From Octopus bimaculoides (taxonomy: Eukaryota), in contig NC_068990.1 in the NCBI RefSeq assembly GCF_001194135.2, forward strand, positions 34,858,001 to 34,913,420: a stretch of 55,420 nt of DNA. The letters run 5' to 3'. Position numbers and translations under genes: made by a program. Within the stretch, counting starts at the first letter, position 1. The number at the start of each line of letters is the position of its first letter. Below are positions 39,221-51,248 of the stretch, piece by piece. The notes beneath the pieces are model-generated. The model did no database searches and was not told the origin of the DNA. It was given only the letters and a program-made list of their open reading frames with translations.

Positions 39221-39781
39221 GGTACAATTATACTTAAGGGCACAAAGGCTATTATGCCTATATGCTGAAAAAACGCGCTGAATAGCTCCAACCACTTCAA
39301 ATATTCACACAAGTTAAAAGCGGGAGAGCAGACTGGCTAAAAATTCATGAAATAATTCACTTAGTTTTAGATTGATCAATTTCTGGATTAGTATAGTAAC
39401 TCTTCCTTCGTCAGGAAAACACACTATGCGAAATAAATGAAAATATCTATACATAGCCCCAAAAAAGCATACGCAACATGCGAGTACATATAAATATTCA
39501 CAAATATATATGCATCGAATTTTGGAGTCCACCTCAACACGTGTGTATTTAGTCAATATAATGCAGAGATAAATAAACTAACCTGAAGTGAATGGGTTCT
39601 ATTTAAACGTAATTAGAGGAAAACAATCTTTAAAAAAAGGAATTTTATCAGTGGCCAGCATATAAAAACCGTTTAGGTAAAATGCATTTATAGACATATA
39701 ATAATTGAATTTGGTGCAATTATACTTAAAGGCACAAAAGCTATTATGCATATATGCTGAAAGAACACGCCGAATACGTCC
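39221..39781 (-). mobile_element. Probable Penelope-type terminal (pLTR) relic bounded by 69-bp direct repeats
   Basis: Direct repeats at 39221-39289 and 39713-39781 (60/69 identical). A CTGACGAAGG..GAAA hammerhead-like motif lies between them on the minus strand. Confidence 0.5.
39364..39420 (-). ncRNA. Type-I hammerhead ribozyme-like motif, decayed
   Basis: Minus strand: gttttc CTGACGA a gga..tcc a GAAA ttgatcaa T C taaaac. Stem III ATTGATCAAT is a palindrome, the putative cleavage triplet is AUC, and stem I pairs 5/6. Confidence 0.5.
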
Positions 39782-39860
39782 TTAATGTTAATGATTTCTA
39801 CCTATATATATATGAAATTATATACTTGTGTATCTGTTAGTATGTTTGTTTGTATCTGTG

Positions 39861-39920
<60 letters not shown>

Positions 39921-40207
39921 CGTATGTGTGTTTCTGTGTGGTATAATTTGATTTAATATTAGTGAGAACTACAACGTCAGGCAAAAAGCTAAATACGCAG
40001 AATAGTTATATTTATTTATAAAAATAATGAGAGTTACAATACTAGTCTTGTTTCCTTGGACAAGTCATGATAGAATCATTATTTTAATGTGCGTAATTTT
40101 GCATATGTGTACCTGTGTGTTTGTGTTTTACATGAATTACATACATCCATACATACACACATGCAAACACAGACACACACACACACACATATACTCATAC
40201 ACACACA

Positions 40208-40253
<46 letters not shown>

Positions 40254-40279
40254 NNNNNNNNNNNNNNNNNNNNNNNNNN

Positions 40280-40320
<41 letters not shown>

Positions 40321-40667
40321 CATACATACATACTCACACACACAACTATAAGCATTAGATACAAGCAGGTATGCATGTATCAATAATTCTCCAGATGACT
40401 GGTCATTAATGAGGCATTTCCTTCGCTATACACCTGTTATTACGATAACTGATGAAGCAATTACCTTATTGATTCCTAGCGTTTGATGTAATATTCCTAT
40501 AAACAGGACATAGAATTTAGAGAGAAATTACGCATGGAATTGCCAAGACTGATTTCTATCAAATATCTATGGAAACTATATTTTAAACATGATATCAGCG
40601 ACCTACACTTTGATCTTTCCGAGAGGTCTGTATATACGTACATACATGCATACATATATGCTTATAT

Positions 40668-40761
<94 letters not shown>

Positions 40762-40899
40762 GCAAAATTACAAAAGAGTTACTAATAGTTTCATGCCTTA
40801 AGATACATTAAATTGGCAGATATATATGATGTGCCAGGTACAGGTACCTTCAAAAAATCTTTCAGACTCATTTAATAACTTTACGTGTAGGTAAAAACC

Positions 40900-41333
40900 A
40901 ATATGCTGGTCTATGAGAATATATGAGAGAAAACGTGAAGGAAAATCGCGAAGAATGTTCATGCAAAAGTAAAACGAAAAGGAAGAAAGAAATTGTAAGA
41001 AAACGAAGTTCTTCATCCTCTTTGAGCGGGGAAAATATTCACAAACGCAAATATGAACTGCAAGAGCAGAAATTTAATTTACTGCATCAAATGCCCAAAT
41101 TGTAAAGAATTGTATGTTGGCCAGACAGGCAATACACTATCAGAATGCTCACGTGTGCACCGACAACAAATCCAGAAGCCCGCCAAATACTGCTGAGTAA
41201 CCATCTAGCAAAATGTAGCCGGAAAATATTTCTATTTCTATTTCATAAACTATACAATCCGAATGAAATCGAGAGAAAACTGAGAGAAACGGACTTTATT
41301 AATGAATTCAAATCCAAGCTTAATAAACAATGA
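40900..41333 (+). mobile_element. Penelope-like element GIY-YIG endonuclease remnant
   Basis: From 41053: MNCKSRNLIYCIKCPNCKELYVGQTGNTLSECSRVHRQQIQKP, then after a frameshift LLSNHLAKC..ERKLRETDFINEFKSKLN. Confidence 0.9.
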
Positions 41334-41573
41334 TAAAAAAATAATCTTATTTAAGGTATAAAAGTCTTATCCCCATATCTAAAAAATAAAAATCTCCATA
41401 AAGTACTGGTGTCATCATTTCTAAAAATAAACACTGAAAAATGGTATGGCATCATTTTTAAAAATAGCCAAGCAACAACTTCTACTTCTATCCACAGGAA
41501 TATATATAAAGGACAAACTTTTATCCATTACCCACAGTTGAAGCCAACGAACACAACTGCGACCACCACCATA

Positions 41574-41616
41574 TGAACCTGAAGATTGCATAAATGCAAG
41601 AAAGTATACCAGTTCA
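41574..41616 (+). ncRNA. Type-I hammerhead ribozyme-like motif downstream of the PLE endonuclease
   Basis: tgaac CTGAAGA ttgca-taaa-tgcaa GAAA gtatac c a gttca: 5-bp stem I, 5-bp stem II and palindromic GTATAC in stem III. U16.1 appears as C. Confidence 0.6.
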
Positions 41617-42124
41617 ATAAGAATGGACATTTAATATTTCATTTGTCCAGTAAGAATATATAATTTATACTTCATTTCATTTCTTTTTACTATATTCTTT
41701 TATATCTTATATTAATATTATAAGATTATAAATAAAACGTGAAAAACAGACGGAGCTGGAATTCTTCTCTACACAATTATACAAAGCCTTTNNNNNNNNN
41801 NNNNNNNNNNNNNNNNNNNNNNNNNNNNNNNNNNNNNNNNNNNNNNNNNNNNNNNNNNNNNNNNNNNNNNNNNNNNNNNNNNNNNNNNNNNNNNNNNNNN
41901 NNNNNNNNNNNNNNNNNNNNNNNNNNNNNNNNNNNNNNNNNNNNNNNNNNNNNNNNNNNNNNNNNNNNNNNNNNNNNNNNNNNNNNNNNNNNNNNNNNNN
42001 NNNNNNNNNNNNNNNNNNNNNNNNNNNNNNNNNNNNNNNNNNNNNNNNNNNNNNNNNNNNNNNNNTATATATACATACATACATACATATATGTGTGTTT
42101 GTGTGTATATATAAAATGGTAAAA

Positions 42125-42305
42125 AGCCTGGAAAGTTCCCCTCCGTGACAGATGCCCGGACAAGTTTGTCTGTGGAAGACGAGTAATCGCTCAAGCATAC
42201 CACCCTCCATTCTGCACACCACCAATGATGCCCAGGGAAAAAGCAAGGGCCGATACTACTAGGCACTAGTGACATTGCAACTCATTTCTCCAGCTGAGTG
42301 AATTA
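42125..42305 (-). mobile_element. SINE family B-like fragment
   Basis: ccggacaagtttgtctgtggaagacgagtaatcgctc..cccagggaaaaagcaagggccgatac..ggcactagtgacattgcaactcatttctccagctgagtgaa, consistent with an antisense central domain. Confidence 0.5.
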
Positions 42306-42445
42306 TCTATATACAATTATCTCTTTATATACATCAAATATTTCAATGCCATATTTGCTATTTTGCCATAAACGCCTATACATACATGCATACATACATA
42401 CATGCATACATACATACATACATACATACATACATAGGTATATAC

Positions 42446-42561
<116 letters not shown>

Positions 42562-42919
42562 GTACATATATATAGGTATGTATGTGTATACAAATACACA
42601 CACACTCACACACATACACATATATGTATGTATGTATATATGAACGTATGTACGTATACGTATCAAAATAGCAAAGATGGCATTAAAATATATAAAGTAT
42701 ATAAAGACGAAATCGTAATTATATATTATTTGAATGCCAAAAGGAATAATTCTGAATCAGTCTACAAAATCTGGATAATTATACTTTTATCTTAAAGTAT
42801 CTTATGTTATCTTAAAGTATCTTATTTTATCTTCTATGAGCTTATGGCTTGAAGGTTTTTAATCATGGAGAAAATACAAGGTTAGACGCTTACGCTTCTA
42901 TTATGTTTTATATTTCACT

Positions 42920-43298
42920 TTTTACTTGTTTTAGTTATTGGACTGCAGCCTTTCTGGAATGGGATGCGGCTTTGAAAATGTTAGTCTAATAAATCGATCC
43001 CAGTACTTATAATTATAAGCCTCATATTTATTCCGTTTTTTGCGGAGTTGTAACAAACCAACACTGGTTGTAAAGCGATGGTCGAAGGCAGCTACAAACA
43101 AACAAATACAGACATATAGGTATGTGCAGATATAAATCTGTGACTTATTTCTTTCAGTTTCCTTCGAGGATTTTGTTGAACCGGGGCTATAATAAAAAAA
43201 CAAAAAAAACATTAGCACAAGGCGTTATACACTGGAACTGAACTCGGAATCCTCTAGCTGGTAAATAAACTCCTTTACCACACAGCCATGCCTGTGCC
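42920..43298 (-). mobile_element. SINE family A, full length and diverged
   Basis: ttttacttgttttagttattggactgcagcc..aaatcgatcccagtactt..ctgaactcggaatc..ttaccacacagccatgcctgtgcc, collinear with 19574-19965. Confidence 0.8.
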
Positions 43299-43696
43299 AA
43301 AATTTGTTTCTCGTATATCCTTATTTCTTTTATATTTCTATCTTCTTTATTCACATTTTTTTTTGCAGTGATATAAACGACATTCTATAACTAGAAATTG
43401 AAATTAAGTATCGGGACAAAATCATTCTCTTTCCATGTTACTCAAATATTGCAATATTATAGTAAAGATAGAGTCGTTTTGCGAATTACAATATCTTCTG
43501 ATTTAAAGCTCGCGGATTGCTGTTACTTTCGGATGTTGAAAATGACCATTACCGTCCAGCAGTTACGTCATCATTTGGAAATCAACCAATGCTAGGGTGA
43601 TATGTTGATCACTGCGGAGTACTACACGGCGAGTGTTGATGAAATCAGGAAGATACGCGATACGTAGAACATGTCAAATCGTGTAATAGTCGAGAG

Positions 43697-43862
43697 ATGA
43701 TGATGATGATGATGATGGTGGTGACGGCAACGACGACGATGATGACAATGATGATGATTGTAATGACGACGATTATGATGATGGTGATGATGATAATGAT
43801 GATGACGACTTTGGTGATGGTGGTGGCGATGATCGGTTATTATGATAATGACGATAATGACC

Positions 43863-43898
<36 letters not shown>

Positions 43899-43955
43899 GT
43901 GATGGTGATGATGATGATGATGATGGTGATGGTGATGGTAGCGTTGTTGTTGGTG
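43697..43955. repeat. Degenerate (GAT)n/(GGT)n tract
   Basis: Directly visible; source of the poly-M/D/H ORFs. Confidence 0.9.
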
Positions 43956-44269
43956 GAGACATTAATAGGCGAACTCGAGTCGCCATGATCTTACTTTCGT
44001 CTTCTATAAAGCTCTCCACAATAATTAATTATAATTATAGAAATATTCTGACAATGAGGAAAGAACATATAAGAAACTCATACTCTAAATAGATCATTAG
44101 ATATGTGTGTAAAGTAAGTTATCTTCAACCAAGTACTGAAATCGTGAGCTGGCTTCAACTAATCGGGAACGCATCTTTTCTCACTCACATCTACATCTGC
44201 AAATTATATTATAGCAACACAGAAGGAAAATGGAACAAAAGAAAGTGAATAGGGAACGAAATTGAGCCT

Positions 44270-44480
44270 GAATATCAGGTCAATAGTGTATTAATGCCAC
44301 ATCACCTTTAACCCTTATCTCATCAACATTTTGATACTCTGACTCGTTGAAACACTTTTATTCATTTTCAATAGATTTCCTTAAAGTTGCTTTTGTGAGA
44401 GAACTTCCACTTCTAAAAAGTTTCTTTCATGCCTTCATCAGATATGAACATATCTGGTAATAGAAAGTTGATCTTTTACT
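44270..44480 (-). mobile_element. Possible mariner C-terminal relic
   Basis: Broken minus-strand frames FISDEGMKE..YQNVDE..VKGDV weakly echo 'F.SDEE.K..V..W..KC...GDYVE'. Confidence 0.3.
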
Positions 44481-44709
44481 GGCCGGCCATTGAAGGAAGT
44501 CAACTTTGTAGTTATTGCTAATTACAAAAGTCAGCTGCTCCGGTTTTACGATTCTTCCAAAGGATTTTCCGAGGCTAAATCTGTAAAGAAAAACAGTATT
44601 TACAATGGTATTAAGTATTTGGATAATTGGATGTCAACTACTGCTGCTGGTGAATAATTCTCCAATTCTGGACGCCATTCGCCATAATTCTCATTACTAT
44701 TTCTATACA

Positions 44710-44850
44710 TATATCAGTTCAAATATCCGTCGAGGTCAAGTTTGTCTTTCATCCTTCCGGGGTCGATATAATAAAGTATCAGTCAGGAACTAGAATCGAC
44801 TTTAATCAGTAATACCTTATTAACGTGTACCCTTGTGCATAACGTGAAAA
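44710..44850 (+). mobile_element. SINE family C fragment
   Basis: agttcaaatatccgtcgaggtcaagtttgtctttcatccttccggggtcgatataataaagtatcagtc..cccttgtgc. Confidence 0.7.
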
Positions 44851-45239
44851 TGTCAATATATCATTGTGATAAGTGCCATAATTGGAAAATATAAACTTCT
44901 AGTTACTGAAGACAGCGAAGTAGTCTCAATATCAAATTGCAGTCAGTGCACTTTCTTTACACAGTTCAGAAATGAAGAAAATGATGGCAAGCCAAATAAA
45001 CACCCATGAAACGTACAGATACAACAGCTTTGGTAATGGAAGAACGCGGAGAAAACTAATTCTTAGGTATATGTGTATAATTTGGACGCAATGAACTTGG
45101 TCGTCGTTATTACTTAAATTCACGTTTAGTTTGACTGAGCTAGTCTATATTTAATGGCATTCCAGCCATGGCTACTGTTGTCTAGAAGTAACTCTATGAA
45201 TACATTATTCTTTACCATATTTTCCAATAGCAAAAAGAT

Positions 45240-45500
45240 TTGTGTGCGATTCTGTTGTTATTTCTGATAGGTCGAGTGACGTATCAGAGTGAGTCTCATA
45301 TACTTGGTGAATTTCTGCGTATACTTGAACTCCGAGATGAGATCGAACGATATCAATTTGTCGTTCATTTTGGAGTAGATGAAGCAAGAATTTGAGCGAG
45401 CACTTAGTTCCATCAAGTTCTAAGTTTATGTCATCTCCATGGTCAAATTTACCTTTCAGCTTAGCAACATTAATAAACAGAAATTGAAAACTCAGAAAAT
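45240..45500 (+). mobile_element. hAT (Charlie/Buster-like) transposase relic
   Basis: LLLFLIGRVTYQSESHILGEFLRILELRDEIE (ELRDEI at 45327-45344) resembles 'LL.H.EVRWLSRG..L.R..ELR.EI'. Downstream QLSNINKQKL resembles 'HLN.LN.KLQG'. Confidence 0.4.
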
Positions 45501-45534
45501 TAAACATACACATACGGACGCATGTATATACACA

Positions 45535-45720
45535 TATGACTGAACACTATTCAATTTTTTTTCTCCGTGTTTTTCTCCTTGTCTCCGTATTCTTTCTGTT
45601 GAAGAGCGTAGCTCGAAACGTCAAAGACTTTCCGTATTCCCGAGCGTCATACTAATATATACTTTTGTTATTTACACCACCTGTCCTCGTCTGTTGTTAT
45701 TTTTTGTATATTCTCCCACA
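45535..45720 (+). mobile_element. Penelope-type terminal repeat relic carrying a hammerhead motif
   Basis: A T-rich segment containing ctgttgaagagcgtagctcgaaacgtcaaagac, of the 'CTGANGAAG..CGAAACGT' form typical of PLE ends. No PLE coding sequence is adjacent. Confidence 0.55.
45591..45627 (+). ncRNA. Minimal type-I hammerhead ribozyme motif with A6U core variant
   Basis: tcttt CTGTTGA a GAGC-gta-GCTC GAAA C G T C aaaga: 5-bp stem I, 4-bp stem II, palindromic ACGT stem III and a GUC site with putative cleavage after 45622. Confidence 0.7.
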
Positions 45721-46123
45721 TATAAATATATATATATGTGTGTGTGTGAAAATTTTAAATCTGCCTTTCCTTTTTACAGGTATACATGCATAGATATTTT
45801 GCACAATAAAACCCAAGCTTTTATATGTTTGAACCATTGTCTCCATATCCGCTCACTTGGATTTTCCTTATAGCCTCTCTTTATCCTGCTGAAAATGACC
45901 TCGGTAAAGATATCAGAGTGTAAGTTTAAATCATTTGAGCATTACAAAATTTTTTCTATATTGCGATTCTCTCGATATCATCTGTTCATTATCTCTCTCG
46001 CGCGCGCTCTTTCATTGTACATATATATATATAAATTAAAATAATAGGATGGATTTTACAAGAATTTATCAAGTAGCTAGCGTGAAAAAAACCTCGTAAG
46101 GGAAAAAAATCCATCATTTATTC

Positions 46124-46184
<61 letters not shown>

Positions 46185-47175
46185 GTATATACTTATATAT
46201 ATAGACATATATAAATGAAAGAAATGCAGAAATTAACATGCACATATCAGTTTAGTTAAAGATATTAAAATCCGTGTGATGTATATGGGTGTGTGTGTAT
46301 ATGTGCGTATTTATATATGTGTATATATGTGTGTATGTGTGTCTGTGTGTGTATACAAACAGAGGGAGGTGCAATGCCTGAGAAAACTCATGACTAAAAT
46401 ACAAGCATAGAAATATACATAAGTGTAGGATTAAAATATCTTTGTATATGGCTGTATGAGGAAATCAAAATGAGAGGATGCGAGACTAAAAAATCAGAAA
46501 GCAAAATTTATAGATAGCGAAAAATTGATATAGAAATAGTTATAGTGTCATGTGACTCAAGAGAAATGCAAAGGAGGGAAAGCGACAGGGGAGAGAGTGG
46601 TAGTGTGAGTGTGTACGCATGTGTGAAGGAGAATATATGATGTGGTTGTGGTCACCAAAGTTTGAAGAAATGTGAGAATGTGATCGATTCAATCAAAATT
46701 GAATAAATCTGTTTTACTGATTGGACTATTGTTGTATTGGAATACATGCATATGTACATTCGTTCATACGTACATATATACATAAACAAATAAATAAATA
46801 AATACATACATACACACATGCATTCTTACACAAAAATATTGTATTGTCTAGAAATATATATACATATACATATATATNNNNNNNNNNNNNNNNNNNNNNN
46901 NNNNNNNNNNNNNNNNNNNNNNNNNNNNNNNNNNNNNNNNNNNNNNNNNNNNNNNNNNNNNNNNNNNNNNNNNNNNNNNNNNNNNNNNNNNNNNNNNNNN
47001 NNNNNNNNNNNNNNNNNNNNNNNNNNNNNNNNNNNNNNNNNNNNNNNNNNNNNNNNNNNNNNNNNNNNNNNNNNNNNNNNNNNNNNNNNNNNNNNNNNNN
47101 NNNNNNNNNNNNNNNNNNNNNNNNNNNNNNNNNNNNNNNNNNNNNNNNNNNNNNNNNNNNNNNNNNNNNNNNNNN

Positions 47176-47207
<32 letters not shown>

Positions 47208-47638
47208 TATATGTATGTGTGCGCGTGTGTTTGTGTGTGCGTGTGTTTGTGTGTGCATGTATATGTATAAATTAATATTTGTATCTATACGTATATATAT
47301 TCTATACAACATATTTAGAAAGATATCAATCTATCTTCCTCGTATGTATATGTTAGATCACATTTCTGTAAATGTGCGTATATGCATATTTTTGCGGATG
47401 GGTTTATATGCTAGTTCGTATTACTCTGTATGTATCTACACATCCTTAGCAAATATATAAGTATATAACACAAAATGTTCAATGTATTATGTATAAAGCT
47501 TTGCATCAATATGTCTGTCATAGAATTTTAAGTTTGCTTGTATGTAGACGTGTAACTGCTACGCATAATGTCTGCATATTTCCATGTATATATATATATA
47601 TATATATATATAGATATAGATAGATAGATATAGATAGT

Positions 47639-47676
<38 letters not shown>

Positions 47677-48071
47677 CTTGTATAAGCACGCCAAAATACA
47701 TAAGCACACAGGAACTAGGATGTTAGCATGTGGGTATATATACATACAGTCACACATGTACAATCAATATGTACGTATATAGAGGTGTTGTGGACACGTA
47801 TACATATATGCATATATATATTGATATACAGATGCGAGTGATGCATCTCTGCAGGCGATTTATCAAAGTAGTATTTCCTACTTTCAACTAACTTTTAAGT
47901 AAAATTCCACCGCAATTCTCTGAAGCACTTTGACAACGATTTCAATGGAGGAACTTTTTCAAGTTTTCGGTCTAAAGTATTGCGTTCCTATATGTATATA
48001 TATATATAATGCCCTGTAGCCTTACTTTCTATCGCATTATTTATTTCGTCATATAGTCATATAAACTAGTA

Positions 48072-48109
<38 letters not shown>

Positions 48110-48493
48110 CACGCACTCACATCCACGCACATGTGATTGATATTTGAAGGTTTTCTGTGTATGTGATATACGAATGTTTAGACGTATATCAACGTATGTG
48201 CTGATCTATGTCACAGTGCATCATGTATGTATATGTGTGTGTTTACGTGCGCGTGTTCGTGTGTGTGTGTGTGTGTGTTTACGTGCGCGTGTTCGTGTGT
48301 GTGTGTGTTTTTTTTGTATGAGTTGTTAATATTCTTTTTCACTGTCTACCTCTCTTATTTACAAGCATATATATTCATACATATAGTCATATANNNNNNN
48401 NNNNNNNNNNNNNNNNNNNNNNNNNNNNNNNNNNNNNNNNNNNNNNNNNNNNNNNNNNNNNNNNNNNNNNNNNNNNNNNNNNNNNNNNNNNNN

Positions 48494-48584
<91 letters not shown>

Positions 48585-48899
48585 AAAGAAAGAAAAAAAG
48601 AAAGGGAAAAACGAGAGAAACAGTGAAGCATTCAACAGATATTTCAGAATGCAATTATAAATTTTGCGCATGTGATATCACGTGCGGTTACATGAAGTTT
48701 CATATAGCGTATATTTTCTCAGGCAGGGATGTTTTGAAGATAATTGTGCTAGAAGATATCCTTCCCATTGACTGGACATATGGCTTTTGTATATTATGCA
48801 TGACTTTGGAAAGGGAGTTTCACATATGTGAGAAGTAAATATGTCCGGTAGAAATATCGTTGTTTTATGAAAAAAACATTCTTCTACGACTATTTTTGC

Positions 48900-49880
48900 C
48901 CTGTTAAGACAAGCTCGCGTTTAGCTCCAAGTCAAAATTTGAATTGATATTTGTTCAGTTTGGAATTTGATTGAATCAGGCATTGATTTGTGTTTAAAGC
49001 TTGAAAGACTGAACTCTGAAGACGGTTTTGTCACTTCTATTTAAGAATTTGCTGGTATAATCAGCATTTCAAAATTTTCTGTTTTGTAAAATTTGTATAT
49101 ATTACTGATTCCATTGTGTATGTTACTGTTTCCAGGAAAAGGTCAAACTATAACCTTTGCGACGTTGATCTACTTTGTAATAACATCGGTTACTCTATTA
49201 CATTTAGGATTTCCTATAATCTGTTGTATGATACGGAGTTTCCTGTATTTGAATGGATGTAGTCGCTATTCTGATAATGTATTCTGTTAACTTTAAACGG
49301 GCCATTTCATATCTATCTGTTTCTCTATACACCACTACCTTTAACAAAGGGAAAGTTTACTGTATTGTCAAAGTTGCATCCAGGTTACTGTGGTTGTCTG
49401 GCACTGCTAGATGTTGATTTGTAGTCCAAATTTGTTACTGTATTTTATCAAAGAAACTATAACTCTATTCTTAAAGAATGTCTTTTCAGTAATATTATAT
49501 TCTATCTGCGTTGCGAAAGAAGGTGTCTGTCTACCAGTCAGAGAAAGTTCCTAAATATGTTTGCCAATGTATTTGTGATATATGGTGGGATATGCCATTA
49601 TATCTTCCGGTTTCTATGTTTCATACGTTCCGGTATTAGTTGCGCTAAGTAGTTTAATTTGTATTGAAGCCACTTCTTCTTAAGGTTCCATTGTTGTGAA
49701 GAGCAGCTTCATTAAACATTTCCTCATCTGATGACAAATTTATTATCCGTTCCTTAATATTGTATTCGATGCAGTTAAAAATGGGTAATTGTTCAGAAAC
49801 TTATTCATGTATAATTACTTCTATACTTGGATTTAAGAAGTAATAGCGTTTCGTGAAGTTTATATATAGTGTTTAATTCA
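48900..49880 (-). mobile_element. Decayed Penelope-like element (thumb/linker to GIY-YIG)
   Basis: Minus strand: KERIINLSSDEEMFNEAALHNNGTLRRSGF (from 49755), KHRNRKI*WHIPPY..FRNFL*LVDRH, then degenerate GCN..FP..VV*R. This follows the conserved PLE order 'LSS.E..F..A...Y..AL..SG..RKR.R.IIWFNPP'. Confidence 0.72.
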
Positions 49881-50599
49881 TAAAACCTGACCGAGTAGGC
49901 CAAGTACTTTTGCAGCTGTCAAGTCGCCTGTGCGAAAAAAGCTTCTATGGTGGATGACGCTGAAAACACTGCAAACATCATATTCTTCAAGTTACACGAC
50001 ATAAGGAAAATTAAAATAGAGCATAAAAAAGCTGATTACCCACAAATTTGCTGAAAGTTATTCGATACACGCATGCCTGTTCCGTGTAAATGGGTCTGCT
50101 ATGAACATGTGCTAGTAGATTTGAAACGGCAGCTTGGATGGGTCACTTGATTAGTTTGAGAACTTTCGAAAGCAAAAGACATCATCAAATTAATTTGGGT
50201 TAGAGCATCAATGCTCGTATCTCTCGAAATAATAGAGGCAAAAGAAAGAAAGACGGCGTTTTTAAATGCATATCACGGAAAAGTAGGAGATCCGAAATAG
50301 CGTCCATCAGTCGCGTTGAGAAGGCACTCAGCGAACTTTTAATACATGTGACTCACATACCGAAGGGGAGGCAGTTTGCCAGCATTGCGGTTCTCTTTAA
50401 AAGTGAGGACCTCACGCGAAGACACACAGTATCACTTTGGTGAACTGAAGAGTGGGTCCTGTATCCATCCTACCTCTCGAAATACCGCTGAAATATCATC
50501 CCTTCAAATAGATATTTCTTCAGCCGCCTTTATAAGTTGGTTGTACAATAGAACAATTAAACAAAAAAATTAATGGGCACAGATATGGCGTCAGACACA

Positions 50600-51050
50600 A
50601 TAACAGTAGTTCAATAGAGCTTGCTGAAAATTTTGCTTCAAACGGCTGCAATTTTGAAAAAAGATTTGAAAGTGCATATTCTCAGAAAATATTCTTTATC
50701 TGCAACACATTCAATACTCAAACTGCACGAGGAAATCTATGTTTGCAGATTATTAACATCACGCCCTGGAGGAATAAATAAAATGACAGGAGAATTTCAT
50801 CAAATTTACACAAATCTGTTTGATTAAATATTCTTCTTATTTTTATTTTGCCTTTTCTTTGTTCTGTTTTTCTCGGTCTTTTTCTTTTCGCCAGCTATAA
50901 AATTGAAGCTTAAAGACAGATGATATCATTTCAGCGTGTTGTTCTCGTTCATATTTTAGATTTGAATTTCTATAATTTTGAATTCTTATCACTTTTTTAA
51001 AATTTTTAACTCGACAAAGACAGGTTTGCTGTCGAAATGTCGTTCAACCA
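50600..51050 (+). mobile_element. 3' end of a Penelope-like element (GIY-YIG C-terminus and pLTR relic)
   Basis: ..DLKVHIL..LKLHEEIYVCRLLTSRPGGINKMTGEFHQIYTNLFD* (stop at 50827), a T-rich trailer and a hammerhead-like motif at 51008-51044. Confidence 0.7.
51008..51044 (+). ncRNA. Degenerate type-I hammerhead ribozyme-like motif
   Basis: aac TCGACAA a GACAG-gtttg-CTGTC GAAA T G T C gtt: perfect 5-bp stem II and 3-bp stem I. The core is altered and ACGT appears as ATGT. Confidence 0.5.
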
Positions 51051-51142
51051 ATGTCATATCCATTGCAATCACAGCGCGCTCTTTGTCTTGTCTGTTTACC
51101 TTTGTGAAGAGTTACGTCAAAACTTTTAAAATATTATTATAT

Positions 51143-51157
51143 CACTACTACTACTAT

Positions 51158-51210
<53 letters not shown>

Positions 51211-51248
51211 ATGTTATCATCATCATCATCGTCGTCGTCGTCGTCGTC
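51143..51248. repeat. (TAC)n, (CAT)n and (CGT)n microsatellites
   Basis: Directly visible. Confidence 0.95.

Noticed and set aside
45205-45513. 102-aa minus-strand ORF with a plausible GTAAAG donor
   Set aside because: Better explained as the antisense of a hAT relic (ELRDEI motif on the plus strand); no protein family was recognised.
48690-48725. Fifth hammerhead-like motif on the minus strand (ctgagaa a atata-cgc-tatat gaaac ttc)
   Set aside because: The core lacks a base, stem I does not pair, and stem II is low-complexity AT, so it could be chance.
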